A stretch of 64,000 nucleotides of DNA, from NCBI GenBank assembly GCA_964016885.1, contig OZ024760.1, positions 24,304,001 to 24,368,000 of the forward strand. Reading direction: 5' to 3'. Below, in pieces: positions 55,648 through 64,000 of this stretch. Under the pieces are notes generated by a model. It saw only the letters and a program-made list of their open reading frames with translations. It searched no databases and had not been told where the DNA came from. Both the position numbers and the translations under genes were made by a program. Source of the DNA: Eledone cirrhosa. Its lineage: Eukaryota. The first letter of the stretch is position 1. Every line of letters begins with the position of its first letter.

Positions 55648-56261
55648 ATCTAGGGCGGGTAAAATTCCCGAGATCCATGGACGAGTTATCTCCAGCGGTC
55701 TCTGTCCCTCATTATCGCTGCCATGTCCCGCGTCTCCAACAGACCAGTGTCTGTCCTTAGGGCATCAATATACGTTAACCTTGTTCTTCCTCTTCCAGTG
55801 TGTCCATGTTGGTGAGCATGTTCAGCAAACCTCAGTCTCCTCTGTGTCACTTTTGAGCTGACTTTTGGGATGCTCCCATACAGCTCTGAGTTTTTCATCC
55901 TCAGTGTATACTGATTAATGTTCAGAGCCATCCTCAGTATTCTCGTGTAGCACCCATTGGTTGAGGACTTCCTGTATTTGGGAGCAAAGATTGGGAATAC
56001 GGAAGATGATGTGATTGAGAGGAAGAGCAAAGCCTGGGCGGCGTGCCACAGTTTGAGATCGGTCGGGAAGTCGGACCTTCGTAAAGACCTGAAAATCCGC
56101 ATCTTCATTGCTGTAGTGGAGTCTGTGCTGCTGTACGGGTCTGAGACTTGGACACTGACCAAGAAACTCACTCAGATGGTGGATGGGTGCTACACGAGAA
56201 TGCTGAGGATGGCTCTGAACATTAATCAGTATACACTGAGGATGGCTCTGAAAATTAATCA

Positions 56262-56266
<5 letters not shown>
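55648..56266. mobile_element. RTE-type LINE 3' fragment with 5' inversion
   Basis: Minus 55648-55957 encodes the C-terminus (RRLRF...GRGR...DRDRWR*); plus 55959-56244 encodes FLYLG...VLLYGSETWTL. Confidence 0.9.
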
Positions 56267-56294
<28 letters not shown>

Positions 56295-56539
56295 CAGACA
56301 CATATACACACACACATATATATATAGTGTAGGTTGTTTAGTGAGTTACTGGTGTTAGTACCAAACCAACCAATCTATGAAGTTCTGTTTACATATAAAA
56401 CATATTCATCATGTATCGACCTGTTACGCGTGTTTCGCAGACAATTGGCTGATTGTGCCCTGAGCTGATCGATATCAAAACAATCGTAATATGCCAATAA
56501 AGTTTGTACTTATGCTACAAAACTGACTTTGATTTTTAC

Positions 56540-57650
56540 ACACACACACCACACTCCACCACACTACACAACACCACACTACACCACACTACACCTCATT
56601 ACACTACACCACACAACACCACACCACACTACACTACAACACACCACATCACACCACACCACACTACACCCCACTACACCACACCACACTACACCACACA
56701 GCACCACACTACGCCACACTACTCCAAAATACACTAGACTACACCACTCCAAACCACACCACACTACACTACAACACACCACATGACACCACACCACACT
56801 ACACCCCACTACACCACACTACACCACACAGCACAAAACTACACCACACTACTCCAAAATACACTACACCACACCACTCCAAACCACACCACACACCAGA
56901 CTGCACCAAACCAGACTACACCAAACCACACTACATTACACTACATCACACCACAACCCACATTAAACCACACCACACTACACCAAATCACACTACACCA
57001 CACCACACTACACCACACCACATTACATCAAACCAAACTACACTACACTACACCACACCACACTACACTACCTACAGCCCACCACACACCATACTACACC
57101 ACACTACACCACACCACACTACACCAGACCACACCACACCAAACTACACTACACCAAACCACACTACACCACAACGCACCACACTACATCAAACCACACT
57201 ACACCACACACCACACTACACCACACACCACACTACACCACACTACACACCAAACTACACCACACCAAACTACACCACACCCCACTACATCAAACCACAC
57301 TACACCACACCACACCAAAACACTCCAAACCAAACTACACCACACCACACTATATCAAACCACACTATACCACACCACACTACACCACACCAAACTACAC
57401 TACAACACACTACACTACACCACACTACACCACACTGCACTACACTAAACCACACCACACCCCTCCAAACTACACCACACCACACTACACCACACCACAC
57501 CAAACTACACTACAACACACTACACCACACCAAACCACACCGCACTGCACTACACTAAACCACACCACACCACACCCCTCCAAACTGCACCACACCGCAC
57601 TACACCACACCACACCAAACTACACTACAACACACCACACCGCACTGCAA
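56540..57650. repeat. Degenerate pentanucleotide (CACAC/CACTA)n repeat
   Basis: Directly visible. Confidence 0.9.
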
Positions 57651-58594
57651 TACGCTTTACATACTTAATCTCGCCCAATCCCATGTAATCTCATCTTATC
57701 ACATGACATCTGGTTTAATCTCAACTGACATCTGACACATCAATTTCCACGCTAGAGAATGCCTAGTTAATGACCACCACTATTTATATCAAGTTTATCT
57801 ACCTGTCTGTCATTTTCGTCTGTGTCGGCCCCAATTATTCATCATCCATTAATAGTCGCTCTGAAATGAAGAAGAGCGATAATCGAGGAATCAACTACCA
57901 TATCGATCAGGAACAACATAAATAAATGATACATGATTGCCAATAAGTGACGTAATCGAATTAGACTGGTGTTTGTCAAGTCTTGCTTATTTCATTCAAA
58001 TCAACTACTGATGAATTTTGATATGTTTTTGTTAATGAACTTGTGTTAAATAAATTTATAACACAAACACACACGCACACACACACACGCACGTATAAAC
58101 ACATACACGCACACACATAAACACACACACACACATACACACACATACACACCCACATACACACATACACACATACACACACAAACAATCACACATAAAC
58201 AGACACACACACACACGCACATATAAACACATACACGCACACACATAAACACACACACACACATACACACACATACACACATACATACACACATACACAC
58301 ATACACACACAAACAATCACACATAAACACACACGCACATATGAACACATACACGCACACACATAAACACACACACGCCCATACACACACATACACACAT
58401 ACATACACACATACACACACATACACACATACATACACACATACACACATACACACACAAACAATCGGACATAAACACACACACACATACACACACAAAC
58501 AATCAGACATAAACACACATAAACACACACACACATACACACATATATATGTAACGCTGAGATATGAATATATTCTAACCCACACTCACAATAC

Positions 58595-58631
<37 letters not shown>

Positions 58632-59106
58632 AACACATATAAACACATACACGCACACACATAAACACACACACACAGACACATATATATATATATATAT
58701 ATACATATATATATAATGACATATGTCTCAATGCACATAGACATGATATAAATAACTGTATGAATGCACGTGTCTGTGCGCGTGTACGAGTATATATATA
58801 GGCACATATACATACATATATATACATATACATACATACATATATACATACATATATATATATACATATATAAATATATACATACATATATATATATATA
58901 TACATACATATATACATACATATACCTATATACATATATATATATACATATATGTGTATATATATGTATAAGTAAGTATATATATATGCATATATATATA
59001 TATGCATATATATATATATATGTATATATATGCATATATATATATGCATATATATATATGTATATATATGCATATATATATATGTATATATATATATCTA
59101 TATATG

Positions 59107-59180
<74 letters not shown>

Positions 59181-59276
59181 TATATATATATATATATGTA
59201 TATATATGCATATATATATATATATGTATATATATATATCTATATATGTATGTATGTATATATATATATATAAATA

Positions 59277-59347
<71 letters not shown>

Positions 59348-59450
59348 ATATCTCGCGGGGAAAGAGAGAGAGAGAGAGAGAGTGGAACTATTGACAATTG
59401 ATTAAAGGAAGCAGATCAAAAAGTGTTTGATAGTAGAACAGCGCAAGTTT

Positions 59451-59511
<61 letters not shown>

Positions 59512-59928
59512 CATACATACGCACACATATACACACATGAACACACTGGCTAATATACACACATACACACAGACAGAAACACTCTGGCTAAAATAAACAC
59601 ACACTGACATACAGACGACACATACACAAACGCACCGGCTAACTTACACACACACACACCTATGTATATATATATATAAACACACTGGCTAACACATACC
59701 CATACACATACATGCATAAACACACAGTCTAACACACACCCACATATATATATATATATATGTATATATATACACAGATATAAATATATGTGTTTGTGTG
59801 ATTAAGGTACAGCGTTGCAATTAGGTATATTTGACTGCACAAACGAATCTAAAGTTTGTCAGCCAATGTAATGTTGACTCGTTCCTACTATTTAATTGCT
59901 CCACCTCCTAGACTTTCTACTTACATAC

Positions 59929-60022
<94 letters not shown>

Positions 60023-60058
60023 GTATATATATATATGTATATATGTATATATATATAC

Positions 60059-60103
<45 letters not shown>

Positions 60104-60222
60104 TATTTACTCATATGTGTGAATATATTATGTTTATATATACATACATAATTACATAGATACATACATGCATAGATACATACGTACATACATACATATA
60201 TACATATATATATGTATGTATG

Positions 60223-60348
<126 letters not shown>

Positions 60349-60495
60349 TGTATATACATATATATATGTACATATATATATATATATAAATATATATACA
60401 TATATATATGTACATATTTATATATATAAATATATATACATATATATATATAAGTACATATATATACGCATATTTACATATATATACATATATAT

Positions 60496-60546
<51 letters not shown>

Positions 60547-60834
60547 TTATGTATACATATATGTACATATATATACATGTATGTACATATATATATGTAT
60601 ACACACATATATATATATATATATAGACTTATATGTACTTTATATATATATATATATGTTCTTATGTATACATATATGTACATGTATATATACATGTATG
60701 TACATATATATATGTATACACACACATATATATATATATAGACTTATATACATATATGTATGTATATATCTATAAATATATATATATATATGATAATTTA
60801 GACGAGGATGATGGCACTGTTAGTGAACATACAA

Positions 60835-60877
<43 letters not shown>

Positions 60878-61108
60878 AATATATATATATACAAATGACA
60901 ATGATGGAGTTGATGAAGGTGTTGCTACACATGAGGGGTGGGGAATGATGGAAATTAGTGGTTTGTTTATAAAGAGCTAGATTGAATCTCTATTTCGTAG
61001 GGTGACTTCATCTGCCACCATGTTTAACAACCTCCCCCACCACCACCAATTAGGCCGCCATGTCTTGACTTCAAAGCTCTCCTCTTAACCACTTTGCTCG
61101 CCTAATGT

Positions 61109-61166
<58 letters not shown>

Positions 61167-61195
61167 TATGTATGTATATATATATATATATATAT

Positions 61196-61392
61196 AGGAA
61201 CCAGTAAGACCCCGACGGTTGAGCTCAAGCCGTTTCGACGGCTAATTCTGGACTGAATTAACCGTCGAAACGGCTTGAGCTCAGCCGTCGGGGTCTTACT
61301 TGTTCCTATTACCCACTCTACTACCCTAAGTATTGAGTACTTTGGTGCGTTATGGTCCACCTGGTTCCTTACCACATTTCCTTCGTTATATA
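61196..61392. mobile_element. Short palindromic copy of the 23775 PLE family
   Basis: Arms around tggact at ~61250; tail nearly identical to 24335-24412. Confidence 0.85.
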
Positions 61393-61409
61393 TATATGTG
61401 TATATATAA

Positions 61410-61597
61410 TAATTGTTTCTACTTTTTGGCACAAGGCCAGCAATTATCCCAGTGTATTACTGGTACTTTATTTTATCGACCCCGTAAGGATGGAAGGCAA
61501 ATTTAACCTCGGCGAGATTTGAACTCAGTCCATAAAGGGACGTAACTGTGCTACAAAGCATGGCGTCCAACCCTCTACCGATACTGCCAATCCACCA
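61410..61597 (-). mobile_element. tRNA-derived SINE
   Basis: Reverse complement of the 19566 SINE. Confidence 0.9.
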
Positions 61598-61656
61598 ATA
61601 TATATATATATATATATCATACATATTATATAATATCTTTCTCTCTCACTCTCTCT

Positions 61657-61706
<50 letters not shown>

Positions 61707-62471
61707 CCGGGGTTCGACGGAGGTAACCACAGTAAGTAAGGTACTCAATACATAACAGAGTATAAATAGTTATAATAGAAATGGCTTGTACAGGACAAGA
61801 ATTGTTTCATCAGGAAGCCCTGATTATTTCTACCGAATGAAACAGTTCTAGTCCTGTACAAGCGCCATTTCTATATTAAATATATATATATGTGTATATA
61901 TATTTCGTTTCTGAACTTGTTTAGCAAGTTTCTTTATCTGAAAACGTGTGTTGAAACCGATATTGTTATGCTTTGGGAATCAACCAACCAACCGGAAATT
62001 TATAAATTCTTAAATTTATAAATTTAATTTATAATGAATTGGTGTGAAAGCAACTGGTGCGTGTGTTTCTTATTGGCAACATGACCCTCCCAAAGCCTAA
62101 CAATATGTATATATATATGAAAATATATATATATATATGTGTATATATATTGAAAAGTGAGGTTTTTTTTACAAAATGAAAAATATCCAAGGTGTCCTAC
62201 AGGAGTGAAAGTATAACGAAGAAAGATGTAATCGAAAATGTAACTGGAGTCTTATTTAAAAAAAATATATATCTATTTGGTTCCTTTATCAGTTTCGCAG
62301 TTCTTCTGCTTTTCAAAAGTAGAGTTGAGATGGAAGGTTTGTGCTTTTTCTCACATCTGTATATATATATATATTGAGCATATGTTGGTTGTTTACCGAC
62401 ACCTCAGTATGCAGATTGGAGTACTCGACGAAGTACGCAGGGTCGTTTGTTTAGTCTGGAGTAATGTAAAA

Positions 62472-62657
62472 TAATTGTTTCTACTTTAGGCACAAGGCCA
62501 GCAATTACCCAGTGCTTTACTGGTACTTTATTTTATCGACCCCGTAAGGTTGAAAGGCAAAGTCAACCTCGGTGGGATTTGAACTAAGATCGTAAAGGGA
62601 CGTAACTATGCTGGAAAGCATGGCGTCCGACCCTCTACCGATACTGCCAATCCACCG
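62472..62657 (-). mobile_element. tRNA-derived SINE with 18-bp target-site duplication
   Basis: ggagtaatgtaaaataat at 62458-62475 and 62670-62687. Confidence 0.9.
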
Positions 62658-62900
62658 TAATGCCAATCCGGAGTAATGTAAAATAATAAAGTGAAATATG
62701 TAAAATTTGGCTTAGTTTATTATAAATTATAGATATACTGCTATATATATTTCGGTGACAGCCGTAATATGTTTAAAAGGTGCGTTGAAATGTCCAAGAC
62801 CCCAACAGACAACTGATGAGAGAAAATTTTCTGCCATTCTTGCACTCCTCTTTTTATAAGTGCACCTTATCCAGCAACTAACTACACATCCCCTGTTTAT

Positions 62901-63738
<838 letters not shown>

Positions 63739-64000
63739 GATAAATCTACCAAGAGTTTACGGTAGTGTCCAATCCGTATGAAGAACTCAATGTATTCCGG
63801 ATATCATGGAAAGAAGAGATGTAATGAAAAATCACTTTCGGTGAAAGATAAACGGTATACAGAGTCAAGATAAAATATTAAACAAATAATGAATAAAACA
63901 ATGAAACAGTTCCTTATATTAAACAAAAAAAGTTCATTATTTAACGATCGTTTCTAGGATATATAAGTGTTAGAATTGGCATGCATATTCAACAGATCTA

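Noticed and set aside
62812-62835. CTGATGAgagaaaa hammerhead
   Set aside because: No stems in register

Overview
AT-rich eukaryotic repeat DNA, most likely from an octopus or other cephalopod (inferred from the SINE type and the extreme (TA)n/(CA)n/(GATA)n load). I see no host gene exon, and nearly all listed ORFs are microsatellite artefacts. Contents: (i) a 5'-truncated Tx1-clade LINE with intact ORF2 in a (GATA)n tract; (ii) fragments of CRE-, R4/Dong- and RTE-type LINEs, tRNA-SINEs and a Tigger/pogo-like end; (iii) many short Penelope-like (PLE) terminal repeats in (TA)n, often inverted, carrying minimal hammerhead ribozyme (HHR) motifs. The main finding is a 10.8-kb array of about 17.5 near-identical 615-bp units (37349-48149). 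Each period carries a large, non-canonical type I hammerhead (U3-A8 core, GUC site), visible only when reading across the apparent unit boundary. The array is fused to an inverted PLE terminal repeat and sits in (TA)n. It looks like an unusually large retrozyme concatemer (circular-RNA retroelement) captured with a trace of its mobilising PLE. All ribozyme folds were paired by eye and are untested.
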